Below, piece by piece: positions 1-10,096 of a stretch of 38,279 nucleotides of DNA. Each line of letters starts with the position of its first letter. Within the stretch, counting starts at the first letter, position 1. A program made the position numbers and the translations under genes. The notes under the pieces are model-generated. The model did no database searches, was not told the origin of the DNA, and saw only the letters and a list, made by a program, of their open reading frames with translations. The stretch is taken from positions 1 to 38,279 of the forward strand of contig JANOQI010000043.1 in assembly GCA_031414775.1 (NCBI GenBank), given 5' to 3'. This stretch comes from Synechococcales cyanobacterium VAR_4_metabat_354. Lineage in GTDB: Bacteria; Cyanobacteriota; Cyanobacteriia; Cyanobacteriales; Chamaesiphonaceae.

Positions 1-1
1 A

Positions 2-1129
2 ACTAATCCATTTTTGAGAAGATTGTTTAAAGATATTTCTGAGCAAGAGATTGGAGATGAGCTGATCGCTGAGATCGCTAATATCTTGGGAATTCTACGA
101 GCGGCAGAAATGGAGACAATTTTGAGTGACTTTTCTCAGACGGGAAACGATCTTACAACCCATTTTTATGAGCCGTTTTTGGCTGCTTACAATCCCAAGC
201 TGAAGAAGAATCGCGGGGTTTATTACACGCCGGAATCGGTGGTTTCGTACATGGTGCGGAGTGTGGATATTCTGCTCAAGGATAAGTTTCACAAGCCGCT
301 GGGGTTGGCAGATCCTGATGTGATGATTTTAGATCCGGCGACGGGAACGGGCACATATTTACTATGGATTTTTCAGTTGGTGGAGCGGCGGTTTAAGGGG
401 ACTGATGGGGATGTAGAATCTCAGCGGTTGATTAAAGAGCGATTTGGGGAGATGTCATGGACGCAATATGTCCGCGATCATTTGTTGCCGAGGGTGGCGG
501 GGTTTGAGTTGTTGATGGCTCCCTATGCGATTGCTCATCTCAAGCTGAGTTTGTTTTTGCAAGAGAGTGGATATGAATTCGAACCCAACCAGCGGCTAAA
601 GGTGTAACTGACGAATACGTTGGATAATGCGCCGCGCAAGTCGGAGTTTTTGTTTGATGAGTTTATTGCGTCGGAAGCTAATGAGGCGACGAGCATCAAG
701 CAGGATGAGCCTGTGATGGTGGTTGTGGGAAATCCGCCGTATTCGGGGCATTCGGAGAATAAGGGCGAGTGGATTAGCAATCTGCTCAAGGACTATTACC
801 AAGTGGATGGACAGCCTTTGGGTGAGAGAAATCCTAAGTATTTACAGGATGACTATGTGAAGTTTATTCGGTTTTCGCAGTGGCGGATTCAGAAGACAGG
901 GATGGGAATTTTGGCTTTTATTACCAATCATGGCTATCTGGACAATCCAACGTTTCGGGGAATGCGCCGCAGTTTGGATCAGACTTTTGATGAGATGTAT
1001 GTCTTGGATCTGCATGGCAATAGCAAGAAGAAGGAAGTTGCACCGGATGGCTCGAAGGATGAGAATGTCTTTGATATTCAGCAGGGTGTCGCAATCGGTT
1101 TGATGGTTAAATTACCTGCTCAGGAGTAA
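2..1129 (+). pseudogene. Type ISP/IIG restriction-modification enzyme, N6-adenine methyltransferase portion; 5'-partial, interrupted by an in-frame TAA at 605-607
   Basis: The frame is open from the window edge (TNPFLRRLF). It has GVYYTP, motif I ILDPATGTGTY and motif IV GNPPY. ORFs 14..607 and 620..1129 are in the same frame and read RLKV*LTNTL across the stop. Confidence 0.85.
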
Positions 1130-1134
1130 ATAAA

Positions 1135-2385
1135 ATGGCAAAGATTTTTCACGCGAGTTTACACGGTTTATCAAAAGCAAAGGATCTCGCTCTATTAGCT
1201 TCAGACATCGATAAAACTGAATGGTCAAATATCGATATTGAATCATCTAGTTTTTATTTATTGATTCCTCAGATTTCTGATTTACGGAGTGAATATGATG
1301 TGTGGTGGAAAATAACTGATATATTTTCAGTTAATTCCACAGGTGTAAAAACTCACCGCGATCATTTTGCATTAGATTTTGATCGATCTACTCTTTGCCA
1401 ACGGATTAGTGACTTTAGAGATTTGAGCATCAGTGATGATCGGATTGCTAATTTGTATAAACTTGATGATACAGAAAGCTGGAAAATTCATCATCACAGG
1501 CTCAGTTTAGCAAATGAGTCTAACTGGGAAACTCATTTTACTAAATGTTTATATCGCTCATTCAATTTTCGTGAATACTATCATCATTCTGATGTAGTTG
1601 AACGACCTAGACAAGAGGTAATGCAGCATATGTTAATGGGAGATAATTTAGGGCTACTATTACATAGACAAATACTTGGCAACACTTACCAACATTGGAT
1701 GTGTTCAAAAACAATTATTAGTATGAATGCTCTTGATGTAGCTAAGGGCGCAACGTTCTTTCCTCTTTATCTTTACCCAACTACCCCAGGTGAAATAGAG
1801 ATGGGAATTACTCGTAAGCCTAATATTGCTCCCGAATTTCTCGCTAAACTCGAACAAAACATCGGCTATACTCCCACTCCAGAAGCCATCTTTTACTACA
1901 TCTATGCCATCTTCCATTCCCCTACCTACCGCAGCCGCTACGCTGAATTTCTGAAGATAGATTTTCCTCGCGTACCGATAACTCGTAATGTCGATTTATT
2001 CCGTCAATTGGGTGAATTAGGTGAGCAATTAGTGAATTTGCACCTGATGAAATCCCCGATTCTCAACCAAACATCATCCCCATTTATCGATAATGGTGGC
2101 GGCTGGATTGTCGATGCTGGGCATCCTAAATATGAAAATGGCAAAGTAGTCATCAACAAGCAAAAAGACGGCTTTATAGATGTACCTAAAGCGGTTTGGA
2201 ACTTCCATGTTGGCGGCTATCAAGTTTGTCAGAAATGGCTCAAAGATCGCAAAGGTCGCACATTGAGTCCAGATGATATCGGGCATTATCAAAAAATTGT
2301 GATTGCCTTGGGACAATCGATCAATCTGATGGCTAAAATCGATGAGACTATTCCGAATTGGCCGATCGATGCTGAATACAACTAA
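1135..2385 (+). CDS. Type ISP restriction-modification C-terminal specificity (TRD) domain, encoded as a separate ORF
   Basis: GVKTHRD, FPLYLY, IFYYIYAIFHSPTYRSRYAEFLKIDFPRVP and VWNFHVGGYQVCQKWLKDRKGR are typical of this domain. GGAG lies upstream of the ATG. Confidence 0.85.
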   Translation: MAKIFHASLHGLSKAKDLALLASDIDKTEWSNIDIESSSFYLLIPQISDLRSEYDVWWKITDIFSVNSTGVKTHRDHFALDFDRSTLCQRISDFRDLSISDDRIANLYKLDDTESWKIHHHRLSLANESNWETHFTKCLYRSFNFREYYHHSDVVERPRQEVMQHMLMGDNLGLLLHRQILGNTYQHWMCSKTIISMNALDVAKGATFFPLYLYPTTPGEIEMGITRKPNIAPEFLAKLEQNIGYTPTPEAIFYYIYAIFHSPTYRSRYAEFLKIDFPRVPITRNVDLFRQLGELGEQLVNLHLMKSPILNQTSSPFIDNGGGWIVDAGHPKYENGKVVINKQKDGFIDVPKAVWNFHVGGYQVCQKWLKDRKGRTLSPDDIGHYQKIVIALGQSINLMAKIDETIPNWPIDAEYN

Positions 2386-2406
2386 ACATTTACCAAGAAA
2401 AATATC

Positions 2407-2931
2407 ATGTCATTAAATCTGAATAAAACCCAGAAAGATTTTTTGCGATGGCTCGTTGAAATAGTTAGGAGAGGTAAATACAAAGAAGACTGTCTTTGGT
2501 TTACTTTTGAAAACTCTGGCCCAACAATGTTTGATGGTGACATCCAGACAGATTATAACGATGATCTAGTTCTTGAGCCAAGTACGTTGGATGCTTTGCA
2601 TAAAGAAGGATTCCTTGCCTGTAGAAAGCAATCCAGTAGTGCCTATTGTTGCTCTCTGAGTGGCAATGCTTATGACATTGTTGACCGTAACTTTCAGCCC
2701 TTACCCATAGAACCAAAAACCGTGACTTATAACAACAATTTACAAGGTGCTCAAGTCGGCAACTTTGCCAATGAGCTGAAAGACAACGCCCAACAAACAG
2801 CTTCCAACTTCACCCAGAGCAATAATACCCAGGCACTTCAACTTATTGCCGAACTACGCCATGCGATCGAAGCTCTACCTCCAGAAATTCAAGAAACTAT
2901 CAACATCGACCTTGATGACATTGCTGAAGAG
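2407..2931 (+). pseudogene. Hypothetical protein interrupted near its C-terminus by the IS605 element
   Basis: The ORF runs into the IS right end exactly at a codon boundary (2931/2932). The last 33 aa of the listed ORF are IS-derived. Confidence 0.65.
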
Positions 2932-2940
2932 TTGACACTC

Positions 2941-4230
2941 TCAGGGCTGAAGCCGCTGAGATTCTTGAACAGCCCATATTCGGACTCTCAAAGGCGTAGT
3001 CAATGCGCCACTACTGATTCCCTCAAGGCATAGCCCTAAAGTTACCGCTACTTTCCTCAAAATGTTGGCCGCACCATTGCAATCAGCATTTATTTTTACT
3101 CCGTTATAACTACGATATAATCCGCGCTGCATACGTCTTCCAGATTCTTTCCACCGTTCGGGTTTTTCACCGTATTTTGGTAGAGTATCCGAATCTAGAA
3201 AACTTGCTTTGCTTGTATAGCTTTCCTCCGTCTCGATAAACTGAATTCCATACTGCTCACATAATTGGGAGATCCTATCCTTCAGTCTAGCTGTAGGGAT
3301 CTGAACAAACTTTTGATTGTTCTTTTTTCCCATGTTGGCTCCATCTTTTTGACCTTGATTCCAACCGAAAATCAAGGTTCCAATCTTATTATCTATACAG
3401 TGATTAATCACCAATCTAGCTGCCTTGTTTACGGCATCTCTCATTTGTCGATTACGTTTTTCAGTAATAGCTGCTAGTTTTCCAGACCAGAATCCTTGAG
3501 GCTTTCCGTCTTTGATATTGGCAATTTGCTTGTTGTAGAACTGATTAAGAGATTTCAGATGTAGTCCATCAATAATAAAAGATGTACCAATATTACTCAC
3601 TCCAGTTAGCCAATTATTCAATCCATGATCTAACCCTAAGCAATTAGTTGGATCTAGATCAACTTGACTAACAGCGGCAGGATAAACAAATTCTGCATAG
3701 AAACATCCATTCCTAGGTAAAATCCGAACCTCTCTAATGAGATTAAAATCAAGATTGGATGGCATTGGCAGGAAAAACTCTTTCAATCCAAACCAAGCCT
3801 TAACCTGTAAACCCAATGGGAAGCGGATTTGACCATTTATCAGTCTTAATGCCCGTTTGGGAAACGAAACGACTTGATATCCTCCCGACTTGCGATAATT
3901 TGGAAATTTTGGCTTTTGAGCAAGATCGCCATTACGAGATTTTTTCAGCAATTCGCAAAACGATTTAATGGATTCACCCACAGACAAGCATGTTTGGACG
4001 GCTGCTTCAGAAGGTAGTGCAGAGAAATGTTTATTAAAACCTATTGCATTAACCAAATCGAAGCTTGTTACATATGCTCCGGTCTTAAACCAAATCTGAC
4101 GAGCATAGTAAACTGCGCAGTTGTGTAGATTATTAGATTCTGAGCAAATATATTGCACAATAGCTTGAGTATCTTTATTAGCGCTAATCAAGCATTGCTG
4201 AACACCCATTGATTTTTTAGGTTTAGCCAT
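2941..4230 (-). CDS. tnpB: RNA-guided endonuclease TnpB
   Basis: GLDHGL, IFGWN, TEESYTSKAS and INADCNGAANI motifs. Confidence 0.93.
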   Translation of the reverse strand: MAKPKKSMGVQQCLISANKDTQAIVQYICSESNNLHNCAVYYARQIWFKTGAYVTSFDLVNAIGFNKHFSALPSEAAVQTCLSVGESIKSFCELLKKSRNGDLAQKPKFPNYRKSGGYQVVSFPKRALRLINGQIRFPLGLQVKAWFGLKEFFLPMPSNLDFNLIREVRILPRNGCFYAEFVYPAAVSQVDLDPTNCLGLDHGLNNWLTGVSNIGTSFIIDGLHLKSLNQFYNKQIANIKDGKPQGFWSGKLAAITEKRNRQMRDAVNKAARLVINHCIDNKIGTLIFGWNQGQKDGANMGKKNNQKFVQIPTARLKDRISQLCEQYGIQFIETEESYTSKASFLDSDTLPKYGEKPERWKESGRRMQRGLYRSYNGVKINADCNGAANILRKVAVTLGLCLEGISSGALTTPLRVRIWAVQESQRLQP

Positions 4231-4308
4231 CTTTTCCCCTAAAGATCATTTGATCTACTTAATATAATCAACTATAGTAGATAAGTCAAGCTCTAACAAC
4301 AGCAATTC

Positions 4309-4716
4309 ATGCTCCCTCTGCCCGAATATAAAACTCATAATCATGTCAAGTTCCTCCTCAATTATCACTTTGTATTTATACCAAAGCGTAGGAAATCAGT
4401 TTTATTAGGTGAAGTAGCAACTAGGCTTAGACAAATATTCCTAGAACTTTCAATTGAAAAGGGATGGGATATTCTTGCTCTGGAAGTTGCGCCAGATCAT
4501 GTCCATCTTTTTGTGGCAGTCAAGCCAACAGACACTCCTTCATTAGTAATAAAGCTTTTCAAAGGTCGCTCTAGTCACCATTTGAGAGCTGAGTTTCCAC
4601 ACCTTAAAAAACTTCCCTCACTATGGACTAGTAGCTATTTTGTTAGTACGGCAGGCAATATCAGTAGTGAAGCTGTCATAAAATATATTGAAGATCCACA
4701 CCATTCAGCAAACTAA
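4309..4716 (+). CDS. tnpA: IS200/IS605 Y1 (HUH) transposase
   Basis: YHFVFIPKRRK, HUH motif DHVHLFV, LWTSSYFVST, and catalytic Tyr in KYIE. Confidence 0.95.
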   Translation: MLPLPEYKTHNHVKFLLNYHFVFIPKRRKSVLLGEVATRLRQIFLELSIEKGWDILALEVAPDHVHLFVAVKPTDTPSLVIKLFKGRSSHHLRAEFPHLKKLPSLWTSSYFVSTAGNISSEAVIKYIEDPHHSAN

Positions 4717-4895
4717 GATGAAGGGGACTGAAGTCCCTTGAGTCGCTTCCCTCTCAGGGCTAAAGCCACTGAGTTTCCCGCATTCCGCACTCTTACTATG
4801 ATCCAGAGTTTCAGAAAGAAGTTGTAGCTGGAGATATAACAGTAGATGACTTGGAATAAGCGGTGGAAGTACTTTTCAGCTTGATCAGTAAAAAA

Positions 4896-4943
4896 TGTGC
4901 ATCGAAGGCCGTTATTGCCTCAATAGAATTTTGCAGATAAGCT
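4896..4943 (+). promoter_or_regulatory. Putative rep promoter with an adjacent inverted iteron (autoregulation)
   Basis: tgtgcatcgaaggccgt (4896-4912) is the reverse complement of the iteron core. It is followed by TTGCCT-17 bp-TAAGCT. Confidence 0.6.
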
Positions 4944-4959
4944 AACGAGAAATTGACAG

Positions 4960-5814
4960 GTGGAAGCTATGAATAAGCCAAAAAATGAACTTTTATCTAA
5001 AGAACTGGCCGAGCGATGCAAAAAGATGCAAGCAATCTGCCGTGAACGAGAAGAAAATGACGTACTCCATTTTCCGCTCTGGCACGAGCAGAAGCGCGGT
5101 ACACCTAATACCTTTTTAAGATCGGCCTTATTCGCCGCCATCCAGAGCAAGGATAGGGTCTTTATTAAGGAAACACTTCTGTTTAGCCAGCAGGGAATCA
5201 CAGTTAAATTTACTGGAGAGCAGCTGAATCAAGAGGATTTAGATGTCTGGGAAGCCCTCGTGCATTTGGCACGGAAGCACCCACTAGGAACTGAATGTAG
5301 CTTTACCGCCCACAGCATCCTAAAAATGCTGGGATTGGATACGGGTGGCTGTCAACACGAGAGATTGCACAGTGCAATTATTCGTCTCACAGCTTGTGCT
5401 GTAGAGATTAAGCATGAAGGAGTCAAATATTTTGGTTCACTGATTGAGAGCGGCGTTAAAGACGAAGTCACCAGCCATTATGTGATCAGCATCAACAGAA
5501 AACTAAACCGGCTCTTTGGCGATCATCAATGGACGGCCATCGACTGGGAGCAACGATTACTTTTAAAGGGCAAGCCGTTAGCCCAAGCTCTGCAAGCTTA
5601 TTTCAGCAGTCACGAACGGCCTTATGCAGTTAACTTATCCACTCTTCAAGAGTTAACAGGCAGCCGGAATACGCAACCATCTAGTTTCAAAAGGCAAGTG
5701 AAAACTGCACTAGATACACTGATTAAAATAGATTTTCTACAGAGCTACAGTATAGAAAACGATCTGGTAGAAGTTAAGCGTATTCTAAAAACTCGTCAAA
5801 TTGGTGGATTCTAG
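4960..5814 (+). CDS. trfA: Plasmid replication initiator, TrfA family
   Basis: PNTFLRSALFA, VKFTGEQLNQEDLDVW, IDWEQR and LQELTGS motifs; directly followed by iterons; GTG start. Confidence 0.88.
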   Translation: MEAMNKPKNELLSKELAERCKKMQAICREREENDVLHFPLWHEQKRGTPNTFLRSALFAAIQSKDRVFIKETLLFSQQGITVKFTGEQLNQEDLDVWEALVHLARKHPLGTECSFTAHSILKMLGLDTGGCQHERLHSAIIRLTACAVEIKHEGVKYFGSLIESGVKDEVTSHYVISINRKLNRLFGDHQWTAIDWEQRLLLKGKPLAQALQAYFSSHERPYAVNLSTLQELTGSRNTQPSSFKRQVKTALDTLIKIDFLQSYSIENDLVEVKRILKTRQIGGF

Positions 5815-6593
5815 TACATTTGACCACGGCTTTCGATGCACAAATCATAGGTTCTAGTTCATTTGATCGCGGCTTTCGAGCCACATAACCACGGCCTTCG
5901 ATGCACAAATCATAGGTTCTAGTTCATTTGATCGCGGTTTTCGAGCCACATAACCACGGCTTTCGATGCACAAAATATGGGTTTTTATGGATTTCAGTAC
6001 ATTTGATCGCATTTTTGAAAATATGTTTGACAAATTTTTGTTTTCATGATTACAACTTTCAGCCGCCAGAGCTGATTTTTTTTCTAGTTCATTTGATCGC
6101 ACTTTTTAAAAAAGAATCATTTTCTTAGTTCATTTGATCTTATTTTTGAATTATTTGACAAATTTTAATTTTCATGATTACAACTTTCAGCGATCATAAA
6201 TGATAATTTTAGTCATTTAGCCTTATTTTTGAATTATTTGACAAATTTTAATTTTCATGATTACAACTTTCAGCGATCGGAGATGTCTACTTTTAGTACA
6301 TTTGAACGCGGCTTTCGATGCACAAATCACTTTTGCAGTACATTTGAACGCGGCTTTCGATGCACAAATCACTTTTGCAGTACATTTGAATGCGGCTTTC
6401 GATGCACAAAATATGGATTTTTATGGATTTTAGTACATTTGAACGCGGCTTTCGATGCACAGACCCACGGCTTTCGATGCACAGACCCACGGCTTTCGAT
6501 GCACAGACCCACGGCTTTCGATGCACAGACCCACGGCTTTCGATGCACGACCCACGGCTTTCGATGCACAAGACCCACGGCTTTCGATGCACA
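5812..6593 (+). repeat. Iteron-type replication origin (oriV)
   Basis: About 15 copies of the core CGGCTTTCGATGCAC, including variants. They fall in 65-bp units (5824, 5889, 5954), 42-bp units (6294, 6336, 6378) and six ~22-bp tandem units (6461-6592), around an AT-rich repeated block (6026, 6154, 6237). Confidence 0.9.
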
Positions 6594-6906
6594 AATTTCT
6601 ATTCGCAAATAGCCTGAAGCTGTTTCTGAAAAATGATCCCAGCGATTGTAAAGTTTTCCACTAATCTTCTTCTAATCTTTCTTTAATCTAAATACTTAAG
6701 AGGGAAGACCCAGTTATTCATGGTTGAAGTAAATTTTCGATCGATCGCCTCTTGCCTTTCATTTTTTTTGGAGCCGCTGGAAAATTTAAGCCGATGCTTG
6801 AAAATTCAAGCCAATCGCCTCTCTCTGTTTTTTCGATCGATCCTGAAGATTTGAGATCGATCGAGTTTTTTTTTTTTGAATCGGTCGTTCACACAAAGAA
6901 TTTTTT

Positions 6907-6934
6907 CTGTGAAGGAATGTTGCTTTGTTTCTCA
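6907..6934 (+). promoter_or_regulatory. N-box-like element upstream of pebA
   Basis: ctgtgaaggaatgttgctttgtttctca is 24/28 identical to the element upstream of cpeB (15591-15618). Confidence 0.7.
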
Positions 6935-6998
6935 CATCGCGGACATAGCTTGGATGAATCTCTTATCCTCAAAACACTAGATATTCAACGCGCTGTTT

Positions 6999-7730
6999 AT
7001 GTACAAGCCTTTTCTCGAACATCTCGAACAGTCTTTGAAAGCAAGATTTGAACTGACCAGCCGTCCCATTCCAGATGGTTTGGCTAGCCAAATTAGTGAT
7101 CGGGGTCGTAGCCCAGCTACCATCCAAAGCTGGTCTTACCAATGTCCAGAATTTCGGAAAATTCGCTACACGTACATCGATGCTGGAGCTAGCGCCCAGA
7201 TTTTCAACAGCGTCATTTATCCAGATCCCAAATACCGCTTACCAATGCTGGGTATTGATTTTCTGTCTTTTGGACAGGTCAAGAATTTAATTGTGATGGA
7301 CTTCCAGCCACTGTTTCAGGATGAAGCTTACTTAGAAAAATACATCAAACCGCTGAAAGTCTTACACGACAACTATCCTGACCTAGCCCAGAATTTAGAA
7401 ATGAAGTTCTATGATGCCAACCAGTACTTCTCGAAATATTTGCTATTTGCTAAAACTGACCCTGAAACCGTTAAAACCAGAGTGTTTGATGCTTTCAAAG
7501 ATTACCTAAATCTCTACTGGCAAATGCTTGAACAAGAAGAACCCCTGAACGATCCTTCCGATATCCAGTCCGTGATTAAGGCTCAAAAGGATTACGACCA
7601 GTACAGTGCCGATCGAGATCCAGCTTCAGGCTTGTTCAGCAGCTACTTTGGACATGAATGGTCAGAGCGCTTTCTGTATGGCTTTTTGTTTGAGGATGCC
7701 GTGCCCATGGCTATATCGGCTTCTAAGTAG
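6999..7730 (+). CDS. pebA: 15,16-dihydrobiliverdin:ferredoxin oxidoreductase
   Basis: RKIRYTYIDAG, PMLGIDFLSFG, MDFQPL, YSADRDPASGLFSSYFG. Confidence 0.96.
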   Translation: MYKPFLEHLEQSLKARFELTSRPIPDGLASQISDRGRSPATIQSWSYQCPEFRKIRYTYIDAGASAQIFNSVIYPDPKYRLPMLGIDFLSFGQVKNLIVMDFQPLFQDEAYLEKYIKPLKVLHDNYPDLAQNLEMKFYDANQYFSKYLLFAKTDPETVKTRVFDAFKDYLNLYWQMLEQEEPLNDPSDIQSVIKAQKDYDQYSADRDPASGLFSSYFGHEWSERFLYGFLFEDAVPMAISASK

Positions 7731-7866
7731 CCTTTTCTCAGAATAATGCCCTCAGATATGGTAGATAGGGGCAAAGCAGCTTAAAGCTCTTTCTACCCAC
7801 CTCTACAGCAATGTAAATCTCTAGATCGCATTATCTATTTCCTAAATTAGCTACTCCCACCGCATC

Positions 7867-8616
7867 ATGACTCTCTATCAGCCATTTCTAGATTATGCGA
7901 TCGAACTCCTCCATCAACGCTTAGAACTCCAGCCCTACCCTATTCCTGAAGGTTTTGAATCCAAATTTGCAGTAGTTGGCAAAGGAACCCATCAATCCGA
8001 AGTACTAACTACCAGCCATGCCTTCCAATCTTCTAAACTGCGCCAAATTCGCGCTGCACACGTCCAAGGCGGGGATGCCTTACAAGTACTCAATTTTGTC
8101 ATCTTCCCCCACCTCAGCTACGATTTACCCTTCTTTGGTGGCGATTTAGTAACTCTACCTGGTGGCCATCTGATCGCTCTCGATATGCAGCCGCTTTTTC
8201 GAGATGATTTGAGTTACCAAGCCAAATTTACTAAACCAATTTTGCCGATTTTTGAAAAATATCAGCAGTATTTGCCTTGGGGTGGTGATTTTCCAGAAGA
8301 AGCCCAACAGTTTTTTTCACCTGCTTTTTTGTGGACACGGTCAAAAGACAACGCTGTGGTGGAAACCCATGTACTGGCAGCGTTTAAAGAATATTTGCAA
8401 GCCTATTTAGATTTTGTAGACCAAGCCATCCCCGTTACCGATCCAGAACGGCTGAGATCGATCGAGGAAGCCCATTTACGTTACCTACGCTACCGCGCCG
8501 AGAAAGACCCAGCTCGAGGGATGTTCAACCGTTTCTATGGCTCAGAATGGACAGAAGAATACATCCATGGCTTTTTGTTCGATCTGGAGAGAAAGCAGGC
8601 TAGTAGCAACTCTTAG
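7867..8616 (+). CDS. pebB: Phycoerythrobilin:ferredoxin oxidoreductase
   Basis: [47 protein letters not shown]. Confidence 0.96.
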   Translation: MTLYQPFLDYAIELLHQRLELQPYPIPEGFESKFAVVGKGTHQSEVLTTSHAFQSSKLRQIRAAHVQGGDALQVLNFVIFPHLSYDLPFFGGDLVTLPGGHLIALDMQPLFRDDLSYQAKFTKPILPIFEKYQQYLPWGGDFPEEAQQFFSPAFLWTRSKDNAVVETHVLAAFKEYLQAYLDFVDQAIPVTDPERLRSIEEAHLRYLRYRAEKDPARGMFNRFYGSEWTEEYIHGFLFDLERKQASSNS

Positions 8617-8908
8617 TAATTTTGGATAGCTTAGTCAATCAGCTCTCGAAAAATCATTAATAATTCGTAATAAAGATCGATCGAACGACATAGTATAAAT
8701 ATTGCATAGTAAAAAAACGGTGGAAAAACGCTGAGAGCGATTAGGATTCTAACTGCTACGGTGTTTTAAGTCTGGATGTAAGACTGACTTAAAAAATCCT
8801 CCTAACTCCTGAACTGCTTGTGCCAAAACCATTAGAATATCTAATAGTCTGTCGGCACTTAGTTCGATCAATATTTGAAATTAAAAACATAACTAGGAGA
8901 TCGAGTTC

Positions 8909-9427
8909 ATGTTAGACGCATTTGCAAAGGTAGTCTCACAAGCAGACGCACGCGGTGAGTACCTCAGCACTAACCAATTAGACGCTTTGGCAGCAATGGT
9001 TGCTGATGGCAATAAGCGAATGGACACTGTTAACCGCATTACAAGTAACTCTTCCACCATTGTTGCTAACGCCGCTCGCTCCTTGTTTGCCGAGCAACCT
9101 CAACTGATTGCTCCTGGTGGCAATGCATACACTAGCCGCCGGATGGCCGCGTGTTTGCGCGACATGGAAATTATCTTGCGCTACATCACTTACGCGACCT
9201 TCGCTGGCGACGCGTCCGTCCTAGACGATCGTTGCTTGAATGGTTTGAAAGAAACTTACTTGGCACTAGGTACTCCTGGTACTTCCGTAGCTGTTGGCGT
9301 TAAGAAAATGAAAGAAGCTGCTTTGGCGATCGTTAACGACACCAACGGCGTTACTCGCGGCGACTGCTCAGCAATTGCTTCAGAAGTTGGTAGCTACTTT
9401 GATAAGGCTGCTGCTGCTGTTGGTTAA
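8909..9427 (+). CDS. cpcB: Phycocyanin beta subunit
   Basis: 172 aa; [25 protein letters not shown] (Cys82), RGDCSA (Cys153). Confidence 0.98.
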   Translation: MLDAFAKVVSQADARGEYLSTNQLDALAAMVADGNKRMDTVNRITSNSSTIVANAARSLFAEQPQLIAPGGNAYTSRRMAACLRDMEIILRYITYATFAGDASVLDDRCLNGLKETYLALGTPGTSVAVGVKKMKEAALAIVNDTNGVTRGDCSAIASEVGSYFDKAAAAVG

Positions 9428-9447
9428 TTCCAACGTATTTTTTAGGT

Positions 9448-9468
9448 AGCCGTGCCCTAGGTACGGCT
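9448..9468 (+). other. cpcB-cpcA intergenic hairpin
   Basis: agccgtgcc-cta-ggtacggct inverted repeat. Confidence 0.6.
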
Positions 9469-9512
9469 CTTAGTATCAAGTTAAACAAAAAATTATTGGA
9501 GATAATTCAACC

Positions 9513-10001
9513 ATGAAAACCCCTTTAACCGAAGCAGTAGCGGCAGCCGATTCCCAAGGTCGCTTTCTTAGCTCTACTGAAATTCAAAATGCTTTTGGCC
9601 GTTTCCGCCAAGCTGCTGCTAGCATGGAAGCCGCTCGTGGCTTGACTGCTAAAGCTGATTCTTTGGCTAGCGGTGCTGCTAATGCAGTTTACCAAAAATT
9701 CCCATACACCACGTCCATGCAGGGTGCTAACTTTGCTTCCAGCCAAACTGGTAAAGACAAGTGTACTCGCGACATCGGCTACTACCTACGCATGGTTACT
9801 TACTGCTGTGTAGTTGGCGGTACTGGCCCCATGGACGACTACCTCATTGGCGGTTTAGCTGAAATCAACCGTACTTTTGACTTGGCTCCTAGCTGGTACA
9901 TCGAAGCTCTGAAGTATATCAAATCTAACCACGGTTTGAGCGGCGATGCAGCTGTAGAAGCTAACTCTTACCTCGACTATGCTATCAACGCTTTAAGCTA
10001 G
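9513..10001 (+). CDS. cpcA: Phycocyanin alpha subunit
   Basis: 162 aa; [34 protein letters not shown] (Cys84). Confidence 0.98.
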   Translation: MKTPLTEAVAAADSQGRFLSSTEIQNAFGRFRQAAASMEAARGLTAKADSLASGAANAVYQKFPYTTSMQGANFASSQTGKDKCTRDIGYYLRMVTYCCVVGGTGPMDDYLIGGLAEINRTFDLAPSWYIEALKYIKSNHGLSGDAAVEANSYLDYAINALS

Positions 10002-10026
10002 TCTTAGCAGCTGGTAGCTGATAGTG

Positions 10027-10079
10027 ATGCCCAGAGAAATAAACAATCGCCAATGGTCGTTGTTTATTTCCCTGGGCAT
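10027..10079 (+). terminator. Stem-loop after cpcA (terminator/attenuator before the lyases)
   Basis: atgcccagagaaataaacaa ... ttgtttatttccctgggcat. Confidence 0.7.
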
Positions 10080-10096
10080 TGTATTGAAAGGTTTTT

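Larger units (their letters stand above)
2932..4800 (-). mobile_element. IS200/IS605-family element (IS605 type, divergent tnpA and tnpB)
   Basis: Related subterminal hairpins ctctcagggctgaagccgctgag (2938) and ctctcagggctaaagccactgag (4751). The right end finishes in TCAA on the minus strand at 2932. The left boundary near 4800 is inferred. Confidence 0.9.

Noticed and set aside
5812..6593. CRISPR array
   Set aside because: The intervening sequences are themselves repeated rather than unique spacers, no cas genes are present, and the array abuts a rep gene.
5854..6664. Short repetitive ORFs on both strands
   Set aside because: By-products of the iteron repeats.
6752..7051. 99-aa ORF upstream of pebA
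   Set aside because: It spans poly-T tracts and the pebA promoter element and has no recognisable protein features.
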